Source: Eimeria praecox (taxonomy: Eukaryota). Taken from it: a stretch of DNA of 64,000 nucleotides. The translations under genes and the position numbers were made by a program. The notes under the pieces were generated by a model that worked only from the letters and a program-made list of their open reading frames with translations, was not told where the DNA came from and did not search any database. Position 1 is the first letter of the stretch; every line of letters starts with the position of its first letter. The stretch is taken from NCBI GenBank assembly GCA_963920595.1, contig OY986949.1:372001-436000 (forward strand), written 5' to 3'. Of the stretch, positions 12,801 through 28,200 are shown in pieces.

Positions 12801-15800
12801 ACACCAGCTAAGTCAGGTACTGTAAGCACAAGAAACCCACGGTCTGAGCCAAATTGGCACCATAAGACGGCAGACGGCTTGCAGCGTTGCGAGCCACCGC
12901 ACGCTGAGTCTTCTACACTTGCAACACAACAGTGTTGTATCGACGGACTGCCGACCTAGCAGCCGGAGGCCGGATGATATGCATGTCTGGACGTGTCCAG
13001 TCGCGGAATCCTAAACACCACTTCCCAGCACAACAAACTAATACACCAGACCAAAACTAGCAAGAAGGGGAAAGCGGCGCACATCAGCCAATCAAACGCA
13101 GGCCTTGAGAGCTGACTAAAGGACCATTAAAGTATCCTTTGCTTTTCGCCAGTTCGCGCACAACGTAGCCTCATGCAACTGCCGTGCTGCCGGGACTATC
13201 GCTTGCGCCCCGTTGGAAACCTCAACAAGCTGCACTGAAACACTGAGATTCCCTGGATTGCCTGCGTGCTTTTGTATCCAAGCGCTGCCGTCAACCTCTT
13301 CATCAGCCCGAACATACGAGCTGCGTGGCGTAGCACCCTGCTAACGCACATGGCTGTATGGCGGTAGACGACATGAGTCGGTGCCACGCCCCGCAGAGCC
13401 TGTACGCTATTCTAACGCTCTCGCTGCATCTTCTCCAACGCCCCGTATCAAACGGCTACCCACAGGCACACCACGTGGCTTGCCGTCCCGGGAAAATGTG
13501 GATCGCTCGAAACATGACCCGCAGGCCCCCAAAGGTGCCATCCATACCTGCAGTTGCATACAAGCCTCCCGCCCAAGCTCAATTGAAGTCCCATGATCTT
13601 ACACAAAAACCGCCGTCATAAGTGCAGATGCGCAATGTTTGCTCCGTCGACGCAAGCATGACTTGGGGATTTTCGCAGGGGCCGAACACCTTCCCGCCCT
13701 TTAAACCTTCTTTGACGTGCTCCTTTTGCAGTCCAACCCATGACGCTAAACTTCGACACAACAGTGTGGACGCTGCCGTAGGCCACCGCCGGTATAAAGA
13801 AACATTCCCCTTCCATATATGGCTTGCCGGATTCCCATACACAAACGGCACGTAACGGACGCTGTCCAGCTGAGCATGGACCCCGCGTGGCTGGGCTGTT
13901 CACAAGCCCTGACGCAACCTGCAAACAGATCCCTGACTCAGGCGACTCCGCATCTGCATTTGCACTTACGCGCTGAAACACAAAGCCTATATTTCAAATG
14001 CGGCATAAGCTGTCCTGACCACGTCACTATTCGCGCAAAACGCAGAGCACGTATGCTAGTGCAGGGCAATACTGTGTGCCATCTCTCCAACAAAAGGATG
14101 TTAACCACTTCCGCAGCGAGCGAACGAAAAGGGAAAACACAAGACACTACAGGAACCCCTGCCAGCATCATCCAAGCAACAGCAGCACACCAGCCATACG
14201 ACGCGAAGGTGGTGCCAGACATTCAGCAAGCCGCATTAACTCTGCAATCTCAGAAGCAAGGAACCAAACGCAACTAACCCTTCTGCTCTGCAGCTGATAT
14301 ATCCTAGCGCCTCTCATATTCGCCTTTTCACGACGCTGAGCAGACTAAGAACTCAAGGCGTCGGCTTTAGGTCGTTACACAGCAATGCAAACACTTGCAA
14401 CGACACACTGCAAAACCAGCAGGTCCACTCTCCTGACTCCAGCATCCTGCCGACGTGAACTGCTCGATAGCTACCTTATTAGAACGTCTGCCGTAAACGC
14501 CACAGCCCCATATCAACCGCTAACTCCAGAGAAGTTCGTATCTTTATAACGCAGGTTCATGCGTGCCCAAGGAGGAAGGGAACTTCTAAAGTTGCATTTC
14601 CATGCCGCGAGCCACGCTCTAATCGCGGGCCCATATTAAGTGTCATGAGACTTCAAGTCTTCGCACATTCTGCATTGCGCCAAATCATGATCTGCCACTT
14701 CCCCTGCAGTAAGCATGCGCATTGAGCAAAAGGCTGAGGCGTTTCGATGCTCATGAACCCTCTTTCTACAGTGGCATCACCACTGCCAGAGAGTGCGTCT
14801 TCTTCAGCAGCACACAGTGTGAACGACGTGCTTTGGGAATCCAAAGTGCAAAGCACGCCGCCAATCCTTGGTTTTATGAGCTCTCCGTCGTTCTCATTAG
14901 CAAATGATGAGGCTGGTGGAGAGATTGTCAAATGATCGATAAAGCCTGCTCGCTAGGAAGATCAAACTCTGGCCGCATGATTCGCCCAACATGCGCCGCT
15001 AACAAAGCACAAGCAGTTGGCCGTGTGATGCAATAGGCAAGAAGCATTACCCTGGCCACACAAGCCTATTGCTGACACAGTGTGCTTCGCCAGGCCGCCC
15101 AAGTCATCACGCCTTGCCAGCCTGGCATCAAAACCTATGGTTTTCCAAACGCGTTAGCTTCAACGTACCCGCTGCCACGGAAACTCCCTTTCACCTTGCA
15201 GACGCTGCACAAGAATTTCGTTTTCGGAAGTGCACCTTTAAGACTGCACATAAGCGTTTTTCAAACCTAAGGAGACGCTGCTCATCAGAACGTGCCGGGG
15301 CACCTTTACGTGCACGTATACGCATGCGTGCCCTACAAAAACGTACTGTGCAGTCGTCAACTTGACGACAAACAATGCATGACAAAACTCCGATGAATGA
15401 GGCCGACTATCTTCCGATCGCTATACTTAAGGCCTATTACCCAGCAACTCAAATCTATACCGCAAATCCAATATCGACGAATTGACCCACAGCCTGCGGC
15501 GCAACGTGCACCTGAAAACACCATGCAATGTGCATTCTCCCACCACTGCTTAGGTGCGTTATGTACTGCTAAGCGCGCTCCTCTGACAAACCCAGCCAGA
15601 TTCAGCTGAACTATCTTAACCGATAATAAACACCAATCAGACTAAATACCCTAAGCGCTGCACCTGTAGGTCAGTCAGCGTGATTATGCGCTATGCGCCC
15701 CTCCAGCGCGTGCATACTTCATCGCAGACAAGCATATTTTTCCCCTCTACGCGCAGCTGTTTTGATACGGTACGCACAGTTAGCATCAGCCCTAAATGAA

Positions 15801-16936
15801 GTACTGGTTTGCCCACAAGCATTCTTCCATAACCAGAGAGGAAAACGCCGCGAGCAGCAAGTGCACGTCATGCTTGGTGTTGCTCTGCACTCGCAGCTGC
15901 AACCTTCCGTAAACCATACCAAACAATGCCCAACGCATCAGCACTTGTTCGCCTGCAAATTGCCTACAGCACTACACGAGCAGCACGCAGAAAATGACCC
16001 TAATTGAGAATCCTGATTAAGGCAGCCTTTCGAAGGCCCTACACTGCAAGTGCTGCCAACGCAGCTTCATGCACGACAAAGGTATCGGATCGTCCCATAC
16101 TCAAACCGGGCAAAGCATCGCTTTCCACCCACTTCCTGTAGTTCGTATGTTGCCACTATTGTTCAGGTCCGTAAGCAAATAAAGTGCTGCCGCCAACCTC
16201 TTTAGACAATGTTATTACACACACGCCTGCAGCGCTCGACACGATGCAACACAGGGCCAAAAGAAACTGAAATCAAAAGCAGCCCGATACGCTCAGCTTC
16301 ACTTCTAGCTGGCCTTTCTCTTCTGGCATTGCATCGAACAAATGCTTGCTCAGCGCATCGCTGTCATGAAGACGTGGGCTCTGAATTGGCATGCTAATGA
16401 CTACAGAAACACAAGCTCATAACAAACTGAGCCGTCAAAAGCACCGAGAACTGGCGCAAGGCGCAGTCACTGCAAAACACGACTGTCCTCCACTAGCCGC
16501 TCCAATGCACCATCAAATATCTCCCTCAAACTGATGAACACACGTGCAGGGAGCTGAGAGCAACGCCACTGGCTCAGCAGTCTCTCCTTCCAGACACGAC
16601 AGACCAGCAACAAGAGATGTCTTACGGAGCAGCAGGGCACGCCACTGCTGCGACTACAGAAACGCCCTTCCAGCCACATCCCTGTAGCTTTGCTCATGCG
16701 CCAACAGACCGAGACCCAGCCAGTGAAAGGATCACGCTCCAAAGCTGCACAAAGCTGCACGGGAATCAAAAGTGGCTTGCGCTTTAAACGAAGGCACCTC
16801 TGCAAGCAGATGCCCAGCTGCATTCATGCTTAGTCACCCCAAGGGAGTCTCACAGAGGGTCTCCCATAGTTTGCTTGCGCACCCAAACTCTCACCCACTC
16901 TCCAACGGCTGCAGAAAACTGCGACTCTGTAACTAC
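12801..16936. repeat. Unit A4 (short form, 4136 bp)
   Basis: Same deletion junction at 14868/14869. Confidence 0.95.
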
Positions 16937-19900
16937 ACGCCAGCTAAGCCAGGTACTGTAAGCACAAGAAACCCACAGCCTGAGCCAAATTGGCACCATA
17001 AGACGGCAAACGGCTTGCAGCGTTGCGAGCCACCGCACGCTGAGTCTTCTACACTTGCAACACAACAGTGTTGTATCGACGGACTGCCGACCTAGCAGCC
17101 GGAGGCCGGATGATATGCATGTCTGGACGTGTCCAGTCGCGGAATCCTAAACACCACTTCCCAGCACAACAAACTAATACACCAGACCAAAACTAGCAAG
17201 AAGGGGAAAGCGGCGCACATCAGCCAATCAAACGCAGGCCTTGAGAGCTGACTAAAGGACCATTAAAGTATCCTTTGCTTTTCGCCAGTTCGCGCACAAC
17301 GTAGCCTCATGCAACTGCCGTGCTGCCGGGACTATCGCTTGCGCCCCGTTGGAAACCTCAACAAGCTGCACTGAAACACTGAGATTCCCTGGATTGCCTG
17401 AGTGCGTTTGTATCCTAGCGCTTCTGTCAACCTCTCCCCCACACCCAACGCACACTCTGGGTGCCGTAGCATCCTGCTAACGCACATGGCTGTATGGCGG
17501 TAGACGACATGAGTCGGTGCCACGCCCCGCAGAGCCTGTACGCTATTCTAACGCTCTCGCTGCATCTTCTCCAACGCCCCGTATCAAACGACTACCCACA
17601 GGCACACCACGTGGCTTGCCGTCCCGGGAAAATGTGGATCGCTCGAAACATGACCCGCAGGACCCCAACGGTGCCGAACTATACCTGCAGTTGCATACAA
17701 GCCTCCCGCCCAAGCACAATTGAAGTCCCATGATCTTACACAAAAACCGCTGTCATAAGTGAAGATGCGCAATGCTTGCTCCGTCGACGCAAGCGCGACT
17801 TGGGGATTTTCGCAGGGGCCGAACACCTTCCCGCCCTTTAAACCTTCTTTGACGTGCTCCTTGCAGCCAACCCCATGGCGCTAAAGTTCGACACAACAGT
17901 GTGGACGCTGCCGTAGGCCACCGCCGGTATAAAGAAACATTCCCCTTCCATATATAGCTTGCCGGATTCCCATACACAAACGGCACGTAACGGACGCTGT
18001 CTAACTGAGCATGGACCCCGCGTGGCTGGGCTGTTCACAAGCCCTGACGCAACCTGCAAACAGATCCCTGACTCAGGCGACTCCGCATCTGCATCTGCAC
18101 CTACGCGCTGAAACACAAAGCCTATATTTCAAATGCGGCATAAGCTGTCCTGACCACGTCACTATTCGCGCAAAACGCAGAGCACGTACGCTAGTGCAGG
18201 GCAATACTGTGTGCCATCTCTCCAATAAAAGAATGTTAACCACTTCCGCAGCGAGCGAACGAAAAGGGAAAACACAAGACACTACAGGAACCCCTGCCAG
18301 CATCATCCCAGCAACAGCAGCACACCAGCCATACGACGCGAAGGTGGTGCCAGACATTCAGCAAGCCGCATTAACTCTGCAATCCCAGAAGCAAGGAACC
18401 AAGCGCAACTAACCCTTCTGCTCTGCAGCTGATATATCCTAGCGCCTCTCATATTCGCCTTTTCACGACGCTGAGCAGACTAAGAACTCAAGGCGTCAGC
18501 TTTAGCCGTTACACAGCAATGCAAACACTTGCAACGACACACTGCAAAACCAGCAGGTCCACTCTCCTGACTCCAGCATCCTGCCGACGTGAACTGCTCG
18601 ATAGCTACCTTATTAGAACGTCTGCCGTAAACGCCACAGCCCCATATCAACCGCTAACTCCAGAGAAGTTCGTATCTTTATAACGCAGGTTCATGCGTGC
18701 CCAAGGAGGAAGGGAACTTCTAAAGTTGCATTTCCGTGCCACGAGCCACGCTCTAATCGCGGGTTCATATTAAGTGTCATGCGACTTCAAGTCTTCGCAC
18801 ATCCTGCATTGCGCCAAATCATGATCTGCCACTTCCCCTGCAGTAAGCATGCGCATTGAGCAAAAGGCTGAGGCGTTTCGATGCTCATGAACCCTCTTTC
18901 TACAGTGGCATCACCACTGCCAGAGAGTGCGTCTTCTTCAGCAGCACACAGTGTGAACGACGTGCTTTGGGAATCCAAAGTGCAAAGCACGCCGCCAATC
19001 CTTGGTTTTATGAGCTCTCCGTCGTTCTCATTAGCAAACGATGAGGCTGGTGGAGAGATTGTCAAATAATCGATAAAGCCTGCTCGCTAGGAAGATCAAA
19101 CTCTGGCCACATGATACGCCCAACATGCGCCGCTAACAAAGCACAAGCAGTTGGCCGTGTGATGCAATAGGCAAGAAGCATTACCCTGGCCACACAAGCC
19201 TATTGCTGACACAGTGTGCTTCGCCAGGCCGCCCAAGTCATCACGCCTTGCCAGCCTGGCATCAAAACCTATGGTTTTCCAAACGCGTTAGCCTCGACGT
19301 ACCCGCTGCCACGGAAACTCCCTTTCACCTTGCAGACGCTGCACAAGAATTTCGTTTTCGGAAGTGCACCTTTAAGACTGCACATAAGCGTTTTTCAAAC
19401 CTAAGGAGACGCTGCTCATCAGAACGTGCCGGGGCACCTTTACGTGCACGTATACGCATGCGTGCCCTACAAAAACGTACTGTGCAGTCGTCAACTTGAC
19501 GACAAACAATGCATGACAAAACTCCGATGAATGAGGCCGACTATCTTCCGATCGCTATACTTAAGGCCTATTACCCAGCAACGCAAATCTATACCGCAAA
19601 TCCAATATCGACGAATTGACCCACAGCCTGCGGCGCAACGTGCACCTGAAAACACCATGCAATGTGCATTCTCCCACCACTGCTTAGTGCGTTATGTACT
19701 GCTAAGCGCGCTTCTCTGACAAACCCAGCCAGATTCAGCTGAACTATCTTAACCGATAATAAACACCATTCAGACTAAATACCCTAAGCGCTGCACTTGT
19801 AGGTCAGTCAGCGTGATTATGCGCTATGCGCCCCTCCAGCGCGTGCATACTTCATCGCAGACAAGCATATTTTTCCCCTCTACGCGCAGCTGTTTTGATA

Positions 19901-21069
19901 CGGTACGCACAGTTAGCATCAGCCCTAAATGAAGTACTGGTTTGCCCACAAGCATTCTTCCATAACCAGAGAGGAAAACGCCGCGAGCAGCAAGTGCACG
20001 TCATGCTTGGTGTTGCTCTGCACTCGCAGCTGCAACCTTCCGTAAACCATACCAAACAATGCCCAACGCATCAGCACTTGTTCGCCTGCAAATTGCCTAC
20101 AGCACTACACGAGCAGCACGCAGAAAATGACCCTAATTGAGAATCCTGATTAAGGCAGCCTTTCGAAGGCCCTACACTGCAAGTGCTGCCAACGCAGCTT
20201 CATGCACGACAAAGGTATCGGATTGTCCCATACTCAAACCGGGCAAAGCATCGCTTTCCACCCACTTCCTGTAGTTCGTATGTTGCCACTATTGTTCAGG
20301 TCCGTAAGCAAATAGAGTGCTGCCGCCAACCTCTTTAGACAATGTTATTACACACACGCCTGCAGCGCTCGACACGATGCAACACAGGGCCAAAAGAAAC
20401 TGAAATCAAAAGCAGCCCGATACGCTCAGCTTCACTTCTAGCTGGCCTTTCTCTTCTGGCATTGCATCGAACAAATGCTTGCTCAGCGCATCGCTGTCAT
20501 GAAGACGTGGGCTCTGAATTGGCATGCTAATGACTACAGAAACACAAGCTCATAACAAACTGAGCCGTCAAAAGCACCGAGAACTGGCGCAAGGCGCAGT
20601 CACTGCAAAACACGGCTGTCCTCCACTAGCCGCTCCAATGCACCATCAAATACCTCCCTCAAACTGATGAACACACGTGCAGGGAGCTGAGAGCAACGCC
20701 ACTGGCTCAGCAGTCTCTCCTTCCAGACACGACAGACCAGCAACAAGAGATGTCTTACGGAGCAGCAGGGCACGCCACTGCTGCGACTACAGAAACGCCC
20801 TTCCAGCCACATCCCTGTAGCTTTGCTCATGCGCCAACAGACCGAGACCCAGCCAGTGAAAGGATCACGCTCCAAAGCTGCACAAAGCTGCACGGGAATC
20901 AAAGGTGGCTTGCACTTTAAACGAAGGCACCTCTGCAAGCAGATGCCCAGCTGCATTCATACTTAGTCACCCCAAGGGAGTCTCACAGAGGGTCTCCCAT
21001 AGTTTGCTTGCGCACCCAAACTCTCACCCACTCTCCAACGGCTGCAGAAAACTGCGACTCTGTAACTAC
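16937..21069. repeat. Unit A5 (short form, 4133 bp; contains a divergent ~70-bp patch at ~17401-17472)
   Basis: Deletion junction at 19002/19003; local cluster of mismatches at 17401-17472. Confidence 0.95.
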
Positions 21070-24000
21070 ACACCAGCTAAGCCAGGTACTGTAAGCACAA
21101 GAAACCCACAGCCTGAGCCAAATTGGCACCATAAGACGGCAAACGGCTTGCAGCGTTGCGAGCCACCGCACGCTGAGTCTTCTGCACTTGCAACACAACA
21201 GTGTTGTATCGACGGACTGCCGACCTAGCAGCCGGACACCGGATGATATGCATGTCTGGACGTGTCCAGTCGCGGAATCCTAAACACCACTTCCCAGCAC
21301 AACAAACTAATACACCAGACCAAAACTAGCAAGAAGGGGAAAGCGGCGCACATCAGCCAATCAAACGCAGGCCTTGAGAGCTGACTAAAGGACCATTAAA
21401 GTATCCTTTGCTTTTCGCCACTTCGCGCACAACGTAGCCTCATGCAACTGCCGTGCTGCCGGGACTATCGCTTGCGCCCCGTTGGAAACCTCAACAAGCT
21501 GCACTGAAACACTGAGACTCCCTGGATTGCCTGCGTGCTTTTGTATCCTAGCGCTGCTGTCACCCTCTTCATCAGCCCGAACATACGAGCTGCGTGGCGT
21601 AGCATCCTGCTAACGCACATGGCTGTATGGCGGTAGACGACATGAGTCGGTGCCACGCCCCGCAGAGCCTGTACGCTATTCTAACGCTCTCGCTGCATCT
21701 TCTCCAACGCCCCGTATCAAACGGCTACCCACAGGCACACCACGTGGCTTGCCGTCCCGGGAAAATGTGGATCGCTCGAAACATGACCCGCAGGCCCCCA
21801 AAGGTGCCACCCATACCTGCAGTTGCATACAAGCCTCCCGCCCAAGCACAATTGAAGTCCCATGATCTTACACAAAAACCGCCGTCATAAGTGCAGATGC
21901 GCAATGTTTGCTCCGTCGACGCAAGCATGACTTGGGGATTTTCGCAGGGGCCGAACACCTTCCCGCCCTTTAAACCTTCTTTGACGTGCTCCTTTTGCAG
22001 CCAAACCCATGACGCTAAACTTCGACACAACAGTGTGGACGCTGCCGTAGGCCACCGCCGGTATAAAGAAACATTCCCCTTCCATATATGGCTTGCCGGA
22101 TTCCCATACACAAACGGCACGTAACGGACGCTGTCTAACTGAGCATGGACCCCGCGTGGCTGGGCTGTTCACAAGCCCTGACGCAACCTGCAAACAGATC
22201 CCTGACTCAGGCGACTCCGCATCTGCATCTGCACCTACGCGCTGAAACACAAAGCCTATATTTCAAATGCGGCATAAGCTGTCCTGACCACGTCACTATT
22301 CGCGCAAAACGCAGAGCACGTATGCTAGTGCAGGGCAATACTGTGTGCCATCTCTCCAATAAAAGGATGTTAACCACTTCCGCAGCGAGCGAACGAAAAG
22401 GGAAAACACAAGACACTACAGGAACCCCTGCCAGCATCATCCCAGCAACAGCAGCACACCAGCCATACGACGCGAAGGTGGTGCCAGACATTCAGCAAGC
22501 CGCATTAACTCTGCAATCCCAGAAGCAAGGAACCAAGCGCAACTAACCCTTCTGCTCTGCAGCTGATATATCCTAGCGCCTCTCATATTCGCCTTTTCAC
22601 GACGCTGAGCAGACTACGAACTCAAGGCGTCGGCTTTAGGCCGTTACACAGCAATGCAAACACTTGCAACGACACACTGCAAAACCAGCAGGTCCACTCT
22701 CCTGACTCCAGCATCCTGCCGACGTGAACTGCTCGATAGCTACCTTATTAGAACGTCTGCCGTAAACGCCACAGCCCCATATCAACCGCTAACTCCAGAG
22801 AAGTTCGTATCTTTATAACGCAGGTTCATGCGTGCCCAAGGAGGAAGGGAACTTCTAAAGTTGCATTTCCGTGCCACGAGCCACGCTCTAATCGCGGGTT
22901 CATATTAAGTGTCATGCGACTTCAAGTCTTCGCACATCCTGCATTGCGCCAAATCATGATCTGCCACTTCCCCTGCAGTAAGCATGCGCATTGCGCAAAA
23001 GGCTGAGGCGTTTCGATGCTCATGAACCCTCTTTCTACAGTGGCATCACCACTGCCAGGGAGTGCGTCTTCTTCAGCAGCACACAGTGTGAACGACGTGC
23101 TTTGGGAATCCAAAGTGCAAAGCACGCCGCCAATCCTTGGTTTTATGAGCTCTCCGTCGTTCTCATTAGCAAACGATGAGGCTGGTGGAGAGATTGTCAA
23201 ATGATCGATAAAGCCTGCTCGCTAGGAAGATCAAACTCTGGCCACATGATACGCCCAACATGCGCCGCTAACAAAGCACAAGCAGTTGGCCGTGTGATGC
23301 AATAGGCAAGAAGCATTACCCTGGCCACACAAGCCTATTGCTGACACAGTGTGCTTCGCCAGGCCGCCCAAGTCATCACGCCTTGCCAGCCTGGCATCAA
23401 AACCTATGGTTTTCCAAACGCGTTAGCCTCGACGTACCCGCTGCCACGGAAACTCCCTTTCACCTTGCAGACGCTGCACAAGAATTTCGTTTTCGGAAGT
23501 GCACCTTTAAGACTGCACACAAGCGTTTTTCAAACCTAAGGAGACGCTGCTCATCAGAACGTGCCGGGGCACCTTTACGTGCACGTATACGCATGCGTGC
23601 CCTACAAAAAGTACTGTCCAGTCGTCAACTTAACGACAAACAATGCATGACAAAACTCCGATGAATGAGGCCGACTATCTTCCGATCGCTATACTTAAGG
23701 CCTATTACCCAGCAACGCAAATCTATACCGCAAATCCAATATCGACGAATTGACCCACAGCCTGCGGCGCAACGTGCATCAGAAAGCAACATGCAGTGTG
23801 CATTCTCCCACCACTGCTTAGTGCGTTATGTACTGCTAAGCGCGCTTCTCTGACAAACCCAGCCAGATTCAGCTGAACTATCTTAACCGATAATAAACAC
23901 CATTCAGACTAAATACCCTAAGCGCTGCACTTGTAGGTCAGTCAGCCTGATTATGCGCTATGCGCCCCTCCAGCGCGTGCATACTTCATCGCAGACAAGC

Positions 24001-25203
24001 ATATTTTCCCCCTCTACGCGCAGCTGTTTTGATACGGTACGCACAGTTAGCATCAGCCCTAAATGAAGTACTGGTTTGCCCACAAGTATTCTTCCATAAC
24101 CAGAGAGGAAAACGCCGCGAGCAGCAAGTGCACGTCATGCTTGGTGTTGCTCTGCACTCGCAGCTGGCACCTTCCGTACACCATACCAAACAATGCCCAA
24201 CGCATCAGCACTTGCTCGCCTGCAAATTGCCTACAGCACTACACGAGCAGCACGCAGAAAATGCCCCTAATTGAGAATCCTGATTAAGGCAGCCTTTCGA
24301 AGGCCCTACACTGCAAGTGCTGCCAACGCAGCCTCATGCACGACAAAGGTATCGGATCGTCCCATGCACAAACCGGGCAAAGCATCGCTTTCCACCCACT
24401 TCCTGTAGTTCGTATGTTGCCACTATTGTTCAGGTCCGTAAGCAAATAGAGTGCTGCCGCCAACCTCTTTAGACAATGTTATTACACACACGCCTGCAGC
24501 GCTCGACACGATGCAACACAGGGCCAAAAGAAACTGAAATCAAAAGCAGCCCGATACGCTCAGCTTCACTTCTAGCTGGCCTTTCTCTTCTGGCATTGCA
24601 TCGAACAAATGCTTGCTCAGCGCATCGATGTCATGAAGACGTGGGCTCTGAATTGGCATGCTAATGACTACAGAAACACAAGCTCATAACAAACTGAGCC
24701 GTCAAAAGCACCGAGAACTGGCGCAAGGCGCAGTCACTGCAAAACACGGCTGTCCTCCACTAGCCGCTCCAATGCACCATCAAATACCTCCCTCAAACTG
24801 ATGAACACACGTGCAGGGAGCTGAGAGCAACGCCACTGGCTCAGCAGTCTCTCCTTCCAGACACGACAGACCAGCAACAAGAGATGTCTTACGGAGCAGC
24901 AGGGCACGCCACTGCTGCGACTACAGAAACGCCCTTCCAGCCACATCCCTGTAGCTTTGCTCATGCGCCAACAGACCGAGACCCAGCCAGTGAAAGGATC
25001 ACGCTCCAAAGCTGCACAAAGCTGCACGGGAATCAAAGGTGGCTTGCACTTTAAACGAAGGCACCTCTGCAAGCAGATGCCCAGCTGCATTCATACTTAG
25101 TCACCCCAAGGGAGTCTCACAGAGGGTCTCCCATAGTTTGCTTGCGCACCCAAACTCTCACCCACTCTCCAACGGCTGCAGAAAACTGCGACTCTGTAAC
25201 TAC
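21070..25203. repeat. Unit A6 (short form, 4134 bp)
   Basis: Deletion junction at 23137/23138. Confidence 0.95.
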
Positions 25204-28200
25204 ACACCAGCTAAGCCAGGTACTGTAAGCACAAGAAACCCACAGCCTGAGCCAAATTGGCACCATAAGACGGCAAACGGCTTGCAGCGTTGCGAGCCAC
25301 CGCACGCTGAGTCTTCTGCACTTGCAACACAACAGTGTTGTATCGACGGACTGCCGACCTAGCAGCCGGACACCGGATGATATGCATGTCTGGACGTGTC
25401 CAGTCGCGGAATCCTAAACACCACTTCCCAGCACAACAAACTAATACACCAGACCAAAACTAGCAAGAAGGGGAAAGCGGCGCACATCAGCCAATCAAAC
25501 GCAGGCCTTGAGAGCTGACTAAAGGACCATTAAAGTATCCTTTGCTTTTCGCCAGTTCGCGCACAACGTAGCCTCATGCAACTGCCGTGCTGCCGGGACT
25601 ATCGCTTGCGCCCCGTTGGAAACCTCAACAAGCTGCACTGAAACACTGAGATTCCCTGGATTGCCTGCGTGCTTTTGTATCCAAGCGCTGCCGCCAACCT
25701 CTTCATCAGCCCGAACATACGAGCTGCGTGGCGTAGCACCCTGCTAACGCACATGGCTGTATGGCGGTAGACGACATGAGTCGGTGCCACGCCCCGCAGA
25801 GCCTGTACGCTATTCTAACGCTCTCGCCGCATCTTCTCCAACGCCCCGTATCAAATGGCTACCCACAGGCACACCACGTGGCTTGCCGTCCCGGGAAAAT
25901 GTGGATCGCTCGAAACATGACCCGCAGGACCCCAACGGTGCCGAACTATACCTGCAGTTGCATACAAGCCTCCCGCCCAAGCACAATTGAAGTCCCATGA
26001 TCTTACACAAAAACCGCCGTCATAAGTGCAGATGCGCAATGTTTGCTCCGTCGACGCAAGCATGACTTGGGGATTTTCGCAGGGGCCGAACACCTTCCCG
26101 CCCTTTAAACCTTCTTTGACGTGCTCCTTTTGCAGCCAAACCCATGACGCTAAACTTCGACACAACAGTGTGGACGCTGCCGTAGGCCACCGCCGGTATA
26201 AAGAAACATTCCCCTTCCATATATAGCTTGCCGGATTCCCATACACAAACGGCACGTAACGGACGCTGTCCAGCTGAGCATGGACCCCGCGTGGCTGGGC
26301 TGTTCACAAGCCCTGACGCAACCTGCAAACAGATCCCTGACTCAGGCGACTCCGCATCTGCATCTGCACTTACGCGCTGAAACACAAAGCCTATATTTCA
26401 AATGCGGCATAAGCTGTCCTGACCACGTCACTATTCGCGCAAAACGCAGAGCACGTATGCTAGTGCAGGGCAATACTGTGTGCCATCTCTCCAACAAAAG
26501 GATGTTAACCACTTCCGCAGCGAGCGAACGAAAAGGGAAAACACAAGACACTACAGGAACCCCTGCCAGCATCATCCCAGCAACAGCAGCACACCAGCCA
26601 TACGACGCGAAGGCGATGCCAGACATTCAGCAAGCCGCATTAACTCTGCAATCCCAGAAGCAAGGAACCAAACGCAACTAACCCTTCTGCTCTGCAGCTG
26701 ATATATCATATCGCCTCTCATATTCGCCTTTTCACGACGCTGAGCAGACTAAGAACTCAAGGCGTCAGCTTTAGGCCGTTACACAGCAATGCAAACACTT
26801 GCAACGACACACTGCAAAACCAGCAGGTCCACTCTCCTGACTCCAGCATCCTGCCGACGTGAACTGCTCGATAGCTACCTTATTAGAACGTCTGCCGTAA
26901 ACGCCACAGCCCCATATCAACCGCTAACTCCAGAGAAGTTCGTATCTTTATAACGCAGGTTCATGCGTGCCCAAGGAGGAAGGGAACTTCTAAAGTTGCA
27001 TTTCCGTGCCACGAGCCACGCTCTAATCGCGGGCCCATATTAAGTGTCATGAGACTTCAAGTCTTCGCACATTCTGCATTGCGCCAAATCATGATCTGCC
27101 ACTTCCCCTGCAGTAAGCATGCGCATTGAGCAAAAGGCTGAGGCGTTTCGATGCTCATGAAACCTCTTTCTACAGTGGCATCACCACTGCCAGAGAGTGC
27201 GTCTTCTTCGGCAGCACACAGTGTGAACGACGTGTTTTGGGAATCCAAAGTGCAAAGCACGCCGCCAATCCTACTCGTTTGCATCTCCCGCAATTATGCT
27301 ACAGACTAATGAGCCATGCATGAAAATATCAGCCAGCTTATCCTATCTGCCAACTCGTCAGGAAACGTTTCAAGTCGAATTGTCAGTCGACAAAGCACAC
27401 AGCAGTCACGATGCGTAACGCATGGGTTTATGGTCCTATGAGCTCTCCGTCGTTCTCATTAGCAAACGATGAGGCTGGTGGAGAGATTGTCAAATGATTG
27501 ATAAAGCCTGTTCGCTAGGAAGATCAAACTCTGGCCACATGATACGCCCAGCATGCGCCGCTAACAAAGCACAAGCAGTTGGCCGTGTGATGCAATAGGC
27601 AAGAAGCATTACCCTGGCCACACAAGCCTATTGCTGACACAGTGTGCTTCGCCAGGCCGCCCAAGTCATCACGCCTTGCCAGCCTGGCATCAAAACCTAT
27701 GGTTTTCCAAACGCGTTAGCCTCGACGTACCCGCTGCCACGGAAACTCCCTTTCACCTTGCAGACGCTGCACAAGAATTTCGTTTTCGGAAGTGCACCTT
27801 TAATACTGCACACAAGCGTTTTTCAAACCTAAGGAGACGCTGCTCATCAGAACGTGCCGGCGCACCTTTACGTGCACGTATACGCATGCGTGCTCTACAA
27901 AAAAGTACTGTGCAGTCGCCAAGCTGATGGCAAGCAGTGCATGACAAAACTCCGATGAATGAGGCCGATTATCAGCCGATCGGTCGACCTAAGGCCTATT
28001 ACCCAGCAACGCAAATCTATACCGCAAATCCAATATCGAGGAATTGACCCACAGCCCATGACCCGGCACGCACCAGAAAACACCATGCAGTGTGCATCAT
28101 CTGAACGGTGCTTGGCTCGGCCATGCACTGCTAAATGCTCTTCTCTGACCAACCTGGGCTCCCCTGGGTTATCTATACTGACCGCAAGCACTAATCAGAC

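Noticed and set aside
690..27900. Assembly artefact duplicating one unit
   Set aside because: Each copy has its own combination of SNPs and indels with shared structural variants, which is unlike artificial duplication. The exact copy number still needs long-read support.
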